A stretch of 64,000 bases of DNA, from NCBI GenBank assembly GCA_963725665.1, contig CAVRZA010000006.1, positions 192,001 through 256,000 on the forward strand. The letters run 5' to 3'. Source of the DNA: an uncultured Actinomycetes bacterium (GTDB lineage Bacteria; Actinomycetota; Thermoleophilia; UBA2241). A model generated the notes under the pieces. That model had not been told where the DNA came from and searched no databases. It worked only from the letters and a program-made list of their open reading frames with translations. How positions within the stretch are numbered: position 1 is the stretch's first letter; every line of letters begins with the position of its first letter. Below, one piece after another: positions 39,344 through 50,200 of this stretch. Both the position numbers and the translations under genes were made by a program.

Positions 39344-42300
39344 TTGACGGACCACGGGCGCGGCGATCACTCCCGAGCGGTCGAGGACCGGGAGCACGAC
39401 GCTTGCGGCGTCGGCTTCGTAGCCTCCGCAAGCGGCCCGGTCGATCACGGCCTCGTCGATCTCGCGCTGACCGCGATCGAGCGCCAGGAGCACCGGGGAG
39501 CACTGGGCGCCGACGGCGAATCGGGCGACGGCGCCGGCATCCTGACCGCCGTGCCTTGGCAGCTACTCGAGAGAGAGCTCGCGTCGGCTGGCGCGCGCCT
39601 GGCGCCGAGGGAGTCGCTCGCCGTCGGCATGCTCTTCCTGCCCCGCGACGAAACCAAACGCCGCCTCGCTCGACAGCTCGTGGAGAAGGTCCTCACCGAT
39701 GAGGCCTTCACAGTGACCTGCTGGCGGACGGTGCCGGTGCGACCGGAGGCGCTGGGGCCGCTGGCCCGGCGCCACCGGCCGCACATCGAGCAGATCATCG
39801 TCTCGTCGCCGCACTTGCGCGGCGAGCCGATGGAGCGCAGCCTGCTCCTCGCCAGACGCGGCATAGGCAGAGCGCTGCAGCGGCAGTCCGTCGTACGGCG
39901 GTTCGACGACCTCTACGTCTGCTCGCTGTCGTCGCGCACGATCGTCTACAAAGGCATGGTGCGCGGCGGCGGTCTGGGCGACTTCTACGCAGACCTGCGC
40001 GACCCCGCGTTTCTCACGCGGTTCGCCGTCTTCCACCGCCGTTTCAGCACCAACACCCTGCCGAAGTGGAGCCTGGCGCAGCCGATGCGTCTCCTGGCCC
40101 ACAACGGCGAGATCAACACGCTTCCCGGCAACCTCGCCTGGACAAGGGCCCGCGACGCGGAGCTCGAGCATCCCGTGTGGGGCGAGCGCGTGGCGGAGCT
40201 GCTCCCGACGGTGCACGCCGACGGCAGCGACTCGGGGAGCCTCGACAAGATGCTCGAGCTCCTCGTCCGCTCCGGGCGCGATCCGCTGGAGGCGTTGATG
40301 ATGATGATCCCCGAGGCCTACGAGGGCAGCGCGCGTCTCGCCGTCGGCCCGGCGACCGTCGACTTCTACGAGTACTTCAGCGCCGTCCAGGAAGCGTGGG
40401 ACGGACCGGCCATGGTGGCCTTCGGCGACGGGCGTGACCGTCGGCGCCTGTGTGGATCGCAACGGCCTGCGGCCGGCACGTTACGTGACCACGCACGACG
40501 GCCTGGTGCTGGTGGCCTCAGAGGCCGGCGTCAGCGACCTGGGCGACCGCGAGATCGCCGAGAAGGGACAGCTGGGCCCGGGACAGATGCTGGCCGTCGA
40601 CCTGCAGGCAGGAAGGGTGCTCCGCGATGCGGAGATCAAGTCGCGCGTGGCTTCGCGGCGGCCCTATGGGCGCTGGCTGCGCGAGCAGCGCCTGCGCCTG
40701 CCTCACGTACCGGCGCCGCGCCGCGAGTTGCGGGCCGAGGAGCTCCTCCAGCTCCAGACAGCCTTCGGCTATACGGCGGAGGATGTCGAGGTGATCCTGC
40801 GTCCCATGGGCCTGCACGGCCGCGAACCGGTCTTCTCGATGGGAGACGACATCCCGCTGGCCGTCCTGTCGGACAAGCCGCACACCCTCTACGACTACTT
40901 CAAGGAGCGCTTCGCGCAGGTCACCAATCCGCCGATCGACCCGCTGCGGGAACGTCTCGTCATGTCGCTGGCCATGCCGGTCGGCCGGCGTGGCAACGTG
41001 CTCGACGCCTCCCCTGGACACGCGCGCGTGGCCAAGCTCGCCTCGCCGCTGCTCGACGAGACACAGCTCGAGGGACTGGCGCATTCGGGACTCGAAGTCG
41101 CCCGCCTGTCGACGCTGTTCGCCGTCTCCAGCGGGCCCTGGGGGTTGCGCGACGCCGTCGAACGGCTCTGCCGCGACGTCGTCGCGGCGGTGCGCGGCGG
41201 CGCCGAGGTCGTCATCCTCAGCGACAGGCTCGGCGAGCCTGGCGTGGAGCTGACCTACGTGCCCCCTCTTCTAGCGGTAGGCGCGGCGCACCACCGCCTG
41301 CTCGATGAAGGCTTGCGCTGCCGGGCCTCGCTCGTCGTCGACAGCGCGCAGTGCTGGAGCGTGCACCACGTGGCCTGCCTGGTATCGTACGGGGCGTCGG
41401 CGGTCTGTCCCTACCTCGCGCTCGAGACCGTGCGCCGCCTCGCCACCGACACCCTGGCCCGAGATCCGCGGCGGGAGTGGCGCGATCCCGCGGTCCCACC
41501 GGCGAAGGCCGTCGCCAACTACCGCGCCGCTCTCGAGTCGGGGCTCCTGAAGGTCCTCTCCAAGGTCGGCATCTCCCTGCTCGCCAGCTACCACGGTGCG
41601 CAGCTACAGGAGGCGGTGGGCATCGGTGACGACCTGCTGGCACTCGCCTTCGCGGGGACGACGTCGCGCGTCGGCGGTCTCAGCGTCGAGGAGCTGGCGC
41701 AAGAGACGATCTGGACGCACCAGCGCGCCTTCCCCGAGCTGACCGTCGAGAGGCTGCAGAACTACGGCTTCGTCCGCTACCGGTCGGGAGGCGAGCACCA
41801 CGTCAATACGCCCGAGGTGGCCAAGACGCTGCGCCGAGCGGTCGTGGCGAACGACGCGACCCTCTACGAGGACTACCGTCGAACGCTGGTCGACCGGCCC
41901 TGCACCACCATTCGCGACCTTCTGGAGCTCAGGAGCGAGCGCGCCCCGATCCCGCTGACGGAGGTCGAACCGGCCGAGCGGATCATGCGGCGCTTCTGCA
42001 GCGGCGGCATGTCCCTGGGCGCCCTGTCGGTCGAAGCGCACGAGACGCTGGCCATCGCCATGAACCGCCTCGGGGGAAAGGCGAACTCAGGCGAGGGCGG
42101 GGAGGATCCGGCGCGCCGAGAGCCGCTCGACGACGTCGACGAGAGCGGCCGCTCGGCGCGCCTCCCCGGGCTCAGCGGTCTGCGCAACGGGGACCGTCCG
42201 GCGACGGCCATCCGCCAAGTCGCATCGGGACGCTTCGGCGTCACGGCCGAGTACCTCGTGGCAGCCGAGCAGATCGAGATCAAGGTGGCTCAGGGCGCCA

Positions 42301-43910
42301 AGCCCGGCGAGGGCGGCCAGCTCCCCGGCGACAAGGTCACGCCGTTCATCGCGCGTCTGCGCGGCGCGACGCCAGGCACGACCCTGATCTCCCCCCCACC
42401 GCACCACGACATCTACTCCATCGAGGACCTCGCGCAGCTCATCTTCGACCTGCGCCGCGTCAACCCAGCCGCGTCGATCTGCGTCAAGCTCGCCGCCGGA
42501 CCCGGAGTGGGGACCATCGCCGCCGGGGTCGCCAAGGCCGGCGCCGACGTGATCCACATCGCCGGGCACAGCGGGGGCACGGCCGCCGCGGCGCTCAACT
42601 CGATCAAACACACGGGGATCCCCTGGGAGCTGGGGCTGACGGAGACGCACCGACAGCTTTCGCGCACCCGTCTGCGCACACGCGTCTCGCTGCGGGTCGA
42701 TGGCGACCTGCGCACGGGACGCGACGTCGTCGCCGCGGCCGCCATGGGGGCGCAGGAGTTCGCCTTCGGCTCGGTGGCGATGATGGCGGAGGGGTGCATC
42801 ATGGCCCGTGTCTGCCACACCAACGACTGCCCGGCCGGAGTGGCCACGCAGCGTGAGGATCTGCGCCGCCGGTTCGCGGCTACGCCGGAGCACGTCGTGA
42901 ACCTCTTTCGCTTTATCGCCGAGGACGTGCGCGCGCTGCTCGCCGCGCTGGGCTTCCGCTCCCTCGAGGAGCTGATCGGGCGCAGCGACCTGCTCGCAGC
43001 GCGCGCCGACCGCCGTCTCACCAAGACGGCCGCGATCGACACGAGCTGGCTGAGCGACGCCGGCGATAGCGACGATCCTTTCGCCCTCGACGCAGGCGCC
43101 TCTGCCGCCGACCCCGCGACCCCGCGTACACCCGCAGCGGCGAGTGAGCCGCAACTGGACGAGGCGATCGCCACGCACCCGCGCGTGCGCGCAGCAGTCG
43201 AGACTCACGGGCGAGCGCACCTCGTCCGGTCCGTGGCCAACACCGACCGCTCCGTGGGTGCCGGCCTCGCCGGCCGCATCGCCGCCCTCCACGGGGACCG
43301 GGGGTTCGAGGGCGATATCGCCGTCGAGCTGTCGGGCACGGCCGGTCAGAGCTTCGGCGCCTTCCTGCTTGCGGGCATGCGCTTCCGACTCGTCGGCGAT
43401 GCCAACGACTACGTCGGCAAGGGCATGGCCGGAGGCGAGATCGTCCTCGTGCCTCCGGGGGACGCCGCCTTCGACCCGTCGCGCAGCCTCATCGCCGGCA
43501 ACACCTGTCTCTACGGCGCCACGGGCGGCAGTCTCTTCGCCCACGGTCTCGTGGGGCAGCGCTTCGCGGTGCGCAACTCCGGCGCCAGCGCGGTCGTCGA
43601 GGGTGCGGGTCATCACTGCTGCGAGTACATGACCGCCGGCACCGTCGTGGTCCTCGGCGAGGTCGGCCCCAACGCGTGCGCGGGCATGACGGGAGGCCTC
43701 GCCTTCCTTCTCGACGAGGACGGCACCGCCGCTTACCGGGTCAACCTGGAGACCGTGACCTTGAGAGCCGTCGCCGGCAGTCACTTCGAGGGCGAGCTGC
43801 GCGAGCGGGTCGCGCAGCATTTGGAGCGCACGGACAGCCCACGGGCCGGGGCCGCGCTCGCGTCGTGGGATCGTTTCGTCGCTACCTGCCGCGTCGTCGT
43901 TCCTCGCTGA
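39344..43910 (+). CDS. gltB: Glutamate synthase large subunit, ferredoxin-dependent type (frameshift near 40434)
   Basis: DACGVGF, HRRFSTNT, HNGEINT, WDGPA/fs/DRNGLRPARY, FAQVTNPPID, QGAKPGEGGQL and CIMARVCHTNDC (3Fe-4S). Confidence 0.93.
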
Positions 43911-43941
43911 GGGCCGACCACTGACGAGCTGACGCGCAGCC

Positions 43942-44150
43942 CTACGATTCCCGCGCACGCCTGCGCATCAACGTGACCGGCGGGCATGCGCCAGCTTGCG
44001 CCACGCCGACGACCTCGAAGCCGTGACGCTCACAGAAAGGAATGGTGTGTGGATTAGGGGCTTCGAGGTAGGCGGGCCGGTGACTCGCGTCGACGATCCT
44101 GAGGCAATGCTCCATCAACTGACCACCGAGGCCCCTTCCCTGCAGAGCGG
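43942..44150 (-). pseudogene. GNAT acetyltransferase C-terminal remnant
   Basis: Hand translation LQGRGLGGQLMEHCLRIVDASHRPAYLEAPNPHTIPFCERHGFEVVG; the N-terminal half is missing. Confidence 0.7.
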
Positions 44151-44152
44151 CG

Positions 44153-44566
44153 TCAGGCGATGGCCTCGACGACCTGCTTGAAGGCCTCGAGATCGGACTC
44201 GACGCGCCTCCTCATCCAGTGGCGCACGGTGTCGGCTTTGCCATGCCAAGTGGCGGGGTCGTACTCGAGCTGGTAGTGCACTCGCGTGCTGCCAGCGTCG
44301 ATCTTCTCGAAGCGCACTTGGCCCGTCTCGCGACCGTCCAGGGCATGCCACGTGATGCGTTCCTCGGGGATGTGCTCGATAAGGTCTGCGTCCCACTCCA
44401 CCACATCTTCATCAAAGAAGGCGGCCCAGCGCATTCGGCCCTCTTCGAAGAGGTGTACGTGCTCGACGACATCCATGAACTTGGGGTAGTCCTCGAAGAC
44501 GGTCCACAGTTCGTACACGCGACGGATCTCGGCCCTGACCTCGACAGTCTTGTCGACGAAGGCCAT
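44153..44566 (-). CDS. SRPBCC (polyketide cyclase/dehydrase-like) protein
   Basis: VYELWTVFEDYPKFM..EWDADLIEHIPEERITW; GAGGAG RBS. Confidence 0.85.
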   Translation of the reverse strand: MAFVDKTVEVRAEIRRVYELWTVFEDYPKFMDVVEHVHLFEEGRMRWAAFFDEDVVEWDADLIEHIPEERITWHALDGRETGQVRFEKIDAGSTRVHYQLEYDPATWHGKADTVRHWMRRRVESDLEAFKQVVEAIA

Positions 44567-44926
44567 GTCGCTCTCCTCTCAGCGAAGACGCGGGGTGGCA
44601 GGAGTGCAAGCCAACACGAGACTACCCGTACGCTCCTTCTTCCACTCTCTGCCGGGAAGCTCAGCCCGTTCGAGATCGTCGCCATCGTCGCGGTGATGAT
44701 CGCCGCCGCGGGGGCGAGCTGGACCGGGGCGAAGTCCCGGCTCAGGTGCCCACCGTGGTGCTCGATGACGTGCCCGTTGATGAGGACCCGGCCGGCGGGA
44801 CGTAGGGCGTCCGGTCCAGCCACATAACACCCAGTTGTGTCTGGCCGGGAAACCGTGCCGTGTGCTGGCGGTTCTCTCGTCCCGCCGACGCAAGGCCGAC
44901 GCAGCTGAGCTTCAAGGCACGTCCGC

Positions 44927-45270
44927 TTAGCCGATGACCAGACAATGCAGCCACACGGCCTCGGCTCGCCGCGTGGAGCCCTCAAGTCCATCGAGACCGA
45001 TGCTCTCAAGATAGTGCATCGCGCTCGCCGAGAGATTGGGTCGCACGGGCTCGCCTGCCTCGAGAAGATCGATCTGCGAGTCGTCGGCTCGCAGCAGCTC
45101 CAGCGGAATCAAGTAGGCGTCCTTGTGGAGAGCGTGCTGATCGGCAAGTGAGCTACTCATGCAGAAGGCCGCGCCGTCCATGACTTTCGGAGCTCGGCAA
45201 CGAGCCATGAGGAAGCGGCTCTCGGAGGCGGCGCGTTGGACTAGGGCTGGTCGAGACTCGTTCCACGTAG
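44927..45270 (-). pseudogene. Fragment resembling a Type ISP restriction-modification enzyme C-terminal domain
   Basis: WNESRPAL..RPNLSASAMHYL..VWLHCLVIG then stop; atypical codon usage. Confidence 0.45.
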
Positions 45271-45439
45271 GCGGACAGTCAACGTTGGGGGAAGGGCCAG
45301 CACAGACCTGAACACCGAGCCGGCTGCGCGACGCTACGGGAGGTGCGCCAGACCCCCACAGACCACTTTGATGCCGCACTGAGCCACCCTCGCCGACCCA
45401 ATGTCGACGGGAAGTGAGCGTGCCCGGAGGCCGGCGAAG

Positions 45440-46081
45440 CTACTCCCAGTACTCGGGCGGGTGGCGTACCGCCTCATCGGCGGCGGCCAGGTCGAACTCC
45501 TCGGGCTGGAAGTAGGGACACCAGGCGCGCAGCTCGGCGTACTCGTCGTGGGCCGGGTCGGCGAGAACCTCGAGGAGATGCGCATAGCCCCAAACCCCGC
45601 CGCAGTCCTCCGGCGGTGCTGCGCGGCGGCCGGCCGTGCAGCGTGGGTAGGTCAGCGCCGCCTCGGCAGCGCGCACGTCTTCCACCTGCACCAGGTGGCG
45701 CCAGTCGTCGCCGAAGTCGTAGCGGTAGAGGAAGCGCCTCTCGCCGCTGGCCAGTCCCTGCGCGAGGGTGACGCGAGCCTCGTCCTCCAGCGGCAGCGGC
45801 ACAAGGAGGCCCGCACGCTGCGGGTCAAGCTGGGGAAAGAGGTGGTGCAGCTCCTCGGGCGCCGCTGGCGCCCAGTCATCCTCGTCGGGATCGGGCATGC
45901 CGATGCGCCGGCGGCCGACCTCGAACTCGTGCAGGTGGGAGTTGGTCCAGCCGAAGGCGGCCAGGATGACGTCGCTCAGGCGCGCGAAGGTGAAGTCCAG
46001 GGGCACCTCGAGGCGCCGCCAGATGGGCGGCCGGATGTCCTTCACGGTCACCTTGATGCGCGCGATCTCTGCTCCTGCCAC
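45440..46081 (-). CDS. Plasmid pRiA4b ORF-3 family protein
   Basis: IRPPIWRRLEVP, AFGWTNSHLHEF, YRYDFGDDW and PPEDCGGVWGY. Confidence 0.92.
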   Translation of the reverse strand: MAGAEIARIKVTVKDIRPPIWRRLEVPLDFTFARLSDVILAAFGWTNSHLHEFEVGRRRIGMPDPDEDDWAPAAPEELHHLFPQLDPQRAGLLVPLPLEDEARVTLAQGLASGERRFLYRYDFGDDWRHLVQVEDVRAAEAALTYPRCTAGRRAAPPEDCGGVWGYAHLLEVLADPAHDEYAELRAWCPYFQPEEFDLAAADEAVRHPPEYWE

Positions 46082-46321
46082 GGTGCCCTTCCCCCAGCTC
46101 GCGTGCGCCGACTACGCCAGCGATTCTACCCCGGCCGATGCGCGAGCGCAGGCGAGACTGCCCGAGCGCCGATTCCCGCTGCACTGAGCCGCCGGGGCCT
46201 ATCGAAGCGACGCACCACAGCGGTTCGCCGCGGTGCTCTTTTCCGTGCCTTCGGTGCGCCCATCTGCGTTGCTGGATGTCTTGACCAGAGCCATGGTGTT
46301 CTACAAAAAGAGGAGAGCGCC

Positions 46322-47158
46322 ATGCAGGGTCACATCCGCAGGAGGGGCAAGGCCAGTTTCGAGTACATCGTCGATGTTGGCATCTCGCCGGCGCAGCGCT
46401 GCCAGGCTTGTGGCAAGAGGTTCCGGGTCGAGCGCAAGGCCGAGGAGAGCTGCCCCTCCTGCGGCGGCAGGCTTCTCGAGACCGAGGAGCGCCGCAGAGA
46501 GACCAGGGCCGGCTTCAAGACGAGAAGGGAAGCCCAAGCGGCCATGGCCAGGGTGCTCGTGGCGGTCGAGGAACGAAGCTACGTCGTTCCCACCAAGGTC
46601 ACCGTGCGCGAGTACCTGCAGAAGGAGTGGCTACCCTCGATCGAGGCCACCATCAGACCGACCACCTACCGCTCCTACGTGCAGCACGTCGACTGTCACA
46701 TCGTGCCCCACATCGGCAACGTGCGGCTCGAGAAGCTCAGGGGCGCCACCATCAAAGGCTTGTACGCCAAGCTTGCCCAGAGCGGCAAGAAGAACGGCAC
46801 CAGCGGCCTCTCCGCGCTCTCCATCCGCCACGTGCACGCTGTCCTGCATCGGGCGCTCAGCTGGACCGATACTGGGCTCATCTTCACGCGCGACGATGGC
46901 AAGGCCTTGCACCCCGAGGTCGTGAGCCGGTTCTTTCGTCGGGCCGTGAAGAAGGCTACGTTGCCGGCGATCAGGCTGCACGACCTTAGGCACGCCCATG
47001 CCACCCTGGCCTTGCGGGCCGGCATTCATCTCAAGGTCGTCAGAGAGCGCCTCGGGCATGCCACCATCTCAATCACGCTCGACACCTACTCGCACGCCAT
47101 CCCGGCGATGCAGGAGGAGGCGGCGGCGAGGATCACAAGCCTTGTACTCAGAAGCTGA
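46322..47158 (+). pseudogene. Tyrosine integrase with an in-frame internal deletion
   Basis: Arm-binding domain, SAM-like domain, then RLHDLRH..ERLGHA..TLDTYSH. Jumps from VLHRALS to WTDTGLIFT near 46860, so the catalytic box I Arg region is missing. Confidence 0.85.
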
Positions 47159-47495
47159 TCACCTTGTCGCTTGCGTGCACCACCCTCGCGAAGTCATGGA
47201 TGTTGCCGCTCACCACCCCCTCGATGAGGTCGGATTCCCGCAGGCCGCGGGTCTGGCAGCAGGTGCCGCACAAGGTGACGTCGACGCCCTTCTCGATGAG
47301 CTCGATCAGCAGCGCCTCCAAGGACGCATGCGCACCTCGCGGGTCCTGGCCTTGGCGCGCCACGTTCACGGCGTCACCCATGAAGAGCAGCTCCACGGTC
47401 TCCCCGGCCAGCTCCAGGGCCTGGGCAAGGCGCAGGGCGTTGAACGGCTGCTCCGTCCCGTAGGGCGACGCATTGACGAGCATGGCGACTGACAT
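47148..47495 (-). CDS. DsrE/YchN-family sulfur-relay protein
   Basis: SPYGTE..NALRLA, FMGDAV and LCGTCCQTRG. Confidence 0.88.
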   Translation of the reverse strand: MSVAMLVNASPYGTEQPFNALRLAQALELAGETVELLFMGDAVNVARQGQDPRGAHASLEALLIELIEKGVDVTLCGTCCQTRGLRESDLIEGVVSGNIHDFARVVHASDKVISF

Positions 47496-47587
47496 TCTTT
47501 CTCCCTTCGAGAGTCAGCCACCTCGGCCGACTCAGACCAAGTTGCGTTTCCGACTGTGGCACAGCGGTCTCTGCACAACGTCCGTAC

Positions 47588-48340
47588 CTAGGCGGGGTCG
47601 CACATTGCGCGCAGCGCTGCTCCCAGGGCGCCGACTGTCTGCGGGTCCGGCGCAACCAGCACCTCGCCGTCCATGCCGGCGCCGATAAGCTCCACCAAGG
47701 CAGGGTTGCGGGCGCCGCCGCCGGCGAAGAGCAGTGGCGGCTCGGCGCGTACGCGCCGCAGGGCGGAGAGCGTGCGCCGTGCGACCCCCTCATGCAGGCC
47801 GCGGGCGATGCTGTCGCGCGGCTCGCCGCGATGCAGCAGCCCGATGACCTCGCTCTCTGCGAACACCGTGCACATCGAGCTGACGGTGGCCGCGTCCTTC
47901 GAAGCGAGAGCCGCCTCGCCGAGCTCGTCGATCTCGCAGCCCAGCGCCTTGGCCATCACCTCCAGGAAACGGCCGGTGCCAGCCGCGCACTTGTCGTTCA
48001 TCTCGAAGTCGAGCACGCGGCCCGCGGGACCGAGGCGGATCACCTTGGTGTCCTGGCCGCCGATGTCGAGGATTGAGCGCACCTCCGGGAAGAGGCGGGT
48101 GGCGCCCAGCGCGTAGGCGGTGATCTCCGTGGTGACCTCAGCGCCGAAGCGCTCCGCCGCGGCGTGGCGGCCGTAGCCGGTGGCGACCACGCGGTCGACG
48201 ACCGCACGGTCGACCAGCCGCGCGGCGACCTCCTGCGGCTCGACGCCGACGTCGAGGACGGCGCGGTCCACCACCACGCCGTCCTTGAGCCACACGGCGT
48301 CCACCGTCCGCGAGCCGACGTCCAGACCCAGGACGCGCAT
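47588..48340 (-). CDS. ASKHA-type [4Fe-4S] ATP-dependent activase (DCCP-R / acyl-CoA dehydratase activator)
   Basis: GLDVGS, ATGYGR, DIGGQDTK, MNDKCAAGTG and CTVFAESE. Confidence 0.92.
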   Translation of the reverse strand: MRVLGLDVGSRTVDAVWLKDGVVVDRAVLDVGVEPQEVAARLVDRAVVDRVVATGYGRHAAAERFGAEVTTEITAYALGATRLFPEVRSILDIGGQDTKVIRLGPAGRVLDFEMNDKCAAGTGRFLEVMAKALGCEIDELGEAALASKDAATVSSMCTVFAESEVIGLLHRGEPRDSIARGLHEGVARRTLSALRRVRAEPPLLFAGGGARNPALVELIGAGMDGEVLVAPDPQTVGALGAALRAMCDPA

Positions 48341-49626
48341 CAGGCTGTCAGCATTTCGAGGAACGCCTCGACACGCGTCGCCAACTGACCGACGTCCTCC
48401 ATCGAGTAGTCGGTATCCACGCGGAGTACGGGGATGCGGGCCTGCTCGGCGGCGCGCTCGACCGAGGTCGCCTCGATCTGGTAAGGGGCGCAGAACTGCA
48501 GCGCGTAGTGCAGAATGCCGTCGGCCTTGTACTCCTTGGCCAGCCGGAGCACGTCCTCAATGCGGCCAGGGTTGGGCGTGAAGCAGGCGCAGTTGATGTC
48601 GAGGTACTTCTCGGCGATGTCGTCGAGCAGGCCCTCGACACTGGTCGCGTCCACCACGACGAGCTTCTCGTAGTAGCGCGAGCCGGTGCAGAGCTCCTCA
48701 GAGACGACGATCCCGCCGGCCTTCTCGACCAGGTCGTGGACCTTCCAGTTGGGGATGCTCATCGGGCTGCCGGTGATGAGCACGCGCGGCGCGTCGGCGG
48801 GCGCCACGCCGTGGCCGGCGGCCACGCGCTGCTCGAGCTCGTCGGCGATCTTCTCAACCATCTGCGTGAAGCGCGGCACGTCGTCGTAGAAAGCAACCTG
48901 GACGGCGAGCAACGCGTCCTTGCCGCTGATCGGCGCCGGCGACGCGACGCGCGCGGCGTTGAGCCGCTGGAGCGCGCGGCGCTTGTCGTTCACTTCCTTG
49001 GTCGCCTTCTGCAGCGCTTCGAACGTGAGCGCGCGGCCGCTGACCTCCTCGAGCTTGGCAACGAGGCCGTCCAGCTCGCCGCGCCAGAGCTCGAGGTCCT
49101 GCGGCCGCTTCATCTGCGGCAGCTCCATCACGTAGACGGGAGCGAGGTCGCCGAAGAGCTCGTAGGCCTTCTTCTTGCCGTCGCAGGTGGTCTCGCCGAT
49201 CACCAGGTCGGCCGACTCGACGTAGGGGCAAACCTTGCCCATCTTGAAGCCCATGGCCGACTTGATGAGGGCGCACGTGTTCCTCGGCAGCAGCTGCTCG
49301 ACCTGGTCGTAGGCCCACTCGGCGCCGGCGCAGAGACCGACCGAGAGCCCTCCGAGTGCGCGGATGATCTCCTCCGGCACGTAGAGGCAGAAGGTGCCGA
49401 TGACGGTGCCGCCGGCGGCCTTGTGGTCCTGAAGTTCCTTGATGCGCAGCCCGTGGATCTCGCTCATCACGAAGTCGAAGTAGGCCATGCCCTCCGGTCG
49501 GCCTTGCTGGCCGAGATAGGCGTCGGCGTAGAGCTGGGGGATAGCCGCCAGGAGCGTGTCGTGGGCCTCGAGATCGAGACCGAGCTCGGTCCACATGGAG
49601 CGGTAGTCGATGGTGGGCTCGCTCAT
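48340..49626 (-). CDS. Double-cubane-cluster reductase (2-hydroxyacyl-CoA dehydratase D family)
   Basis: GTFCLYVPEE, GLCAG, PRNTCALIKS, CPY, GETTCDGKKK, EELCTG, NCACFTPN, LQFC and TDYS..DVGQL.TRVEAF. Confidence 0.82.
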   Translation of the reverse strand: MSEPTIDYRSMWTELGLDLEAHDTLLAAIPQLYADAYLGQQGRPEGMAYFDFVMSEIHGLRIKELQDHKAAGGTVIGTFCLYVPEEIIRALGGLSVGLCAGAEWAYDQVEQLLPRNTCALIKSAMGFKMGKVCPYVESADLVIGETTCDGKKKAYELFGDLAPVYVMELPQMKRPQDLELWRGELDGLVAKLEEVSGRALTFEALQKATKEVNDKRRALQRLNAARVASPAPISGKDALLAVQVAFYDDVPRFTQMVEKIADELEQRVAAGHGVAPADAPRVLITGSPMSIPNWKVHDLVEKAGGIVVSEELCTGSRYYEKLVVVDATSVEGLLDDIAEKYLDINCACFTPNPGRIEDVLRLAKEYKADGILHYALQFCAPYQIEATSVERAAEQARIPVLRVDTDYSMEDVGQLATRVEAFLEMLTA

Positions 49627-49703
49627 GCGATGTCCTTTCCTGTAGGGCGCCGCAGAGCGGAGAGCGAGCCGCCTCGCCGTCGGGTGAAGGCAGCGGTTCT
49701 AAG

Positions 49704-49841
49704 TCACAACGAACTCGCGGCGCCGATGAACGGGGAGCCCGGACCGGGCTCCTGCCAGGGACGCCGCTGGGCGGCGACCGTGGCGGCACACGAGACTCAG
49801 ATCCGGCCTTGTGCCGGAATCGTCACGTCATGGAACGCCAT
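49704..49841 (-). pseudogene. HMA (CopZ/MerP)-like short ORF with in-frame TGA at the first Cys position
   Basis: AAAGGAGGTG RBS, then MAFHDVTIPAQGRI-TGA-VSCAATVAA; SGVPG continues in the +1 frame. Confidence 0.4.
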
Positions 49842-49949
49842 GGTCACCTCCTTTCGCCTCTCGGACCCGCAAAGCATAGCAGGGAGGGCGACCAGTAACG
49901 GCCGCAAACAAGAGGGAGGGCCTCCCGCCACCGCCTGGTGGAGTTCGCA

Positions 49950-50075
49950 TGTCGGCGCGAACGTCGGCAATCGGGGTCAAGGACGGAGAAGCAGCGACCT
50001 CCGAAAGGTCAGGTAGGCAGGCAGAAAGGCTTGGAGGCGGCGACCGGAGTCGAACCGGTGATGGAGGTTTTGCAG
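49950..50075 (-). mobile_element. att-site relic 1: 3' half of tRNA-Cys(GCA) plus flanking arm-like repeats
   Basis: Minus strand 50075-50032 reads CTGCAAAACCTCCATCACCGGTTCGACTCCGGTCGCCGCCTCCA; there is no 5' half. Confidence 0.8.
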
Positions 50076-50200
50076 TGGTCATGGGCAAGGCCAGAGGAGG
50101 CTAGAAGAGGGTTATTCTTCAATTTGCCTCTGTTTTGAGAGTCGCGTCCATGGCCTGGGCGCGAACCGGAGCGAATGAGCAGACGCGGCCCACGATCGGG

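Noticed and set aside
45401-46321. N-terminal 300 aa of the 585-aa ORF 45401..47158 as part of the integrase
   Set aside because: It is the antisense shadow of the pRiA4b gene; the integrase has its own RBS and ATG at 46322
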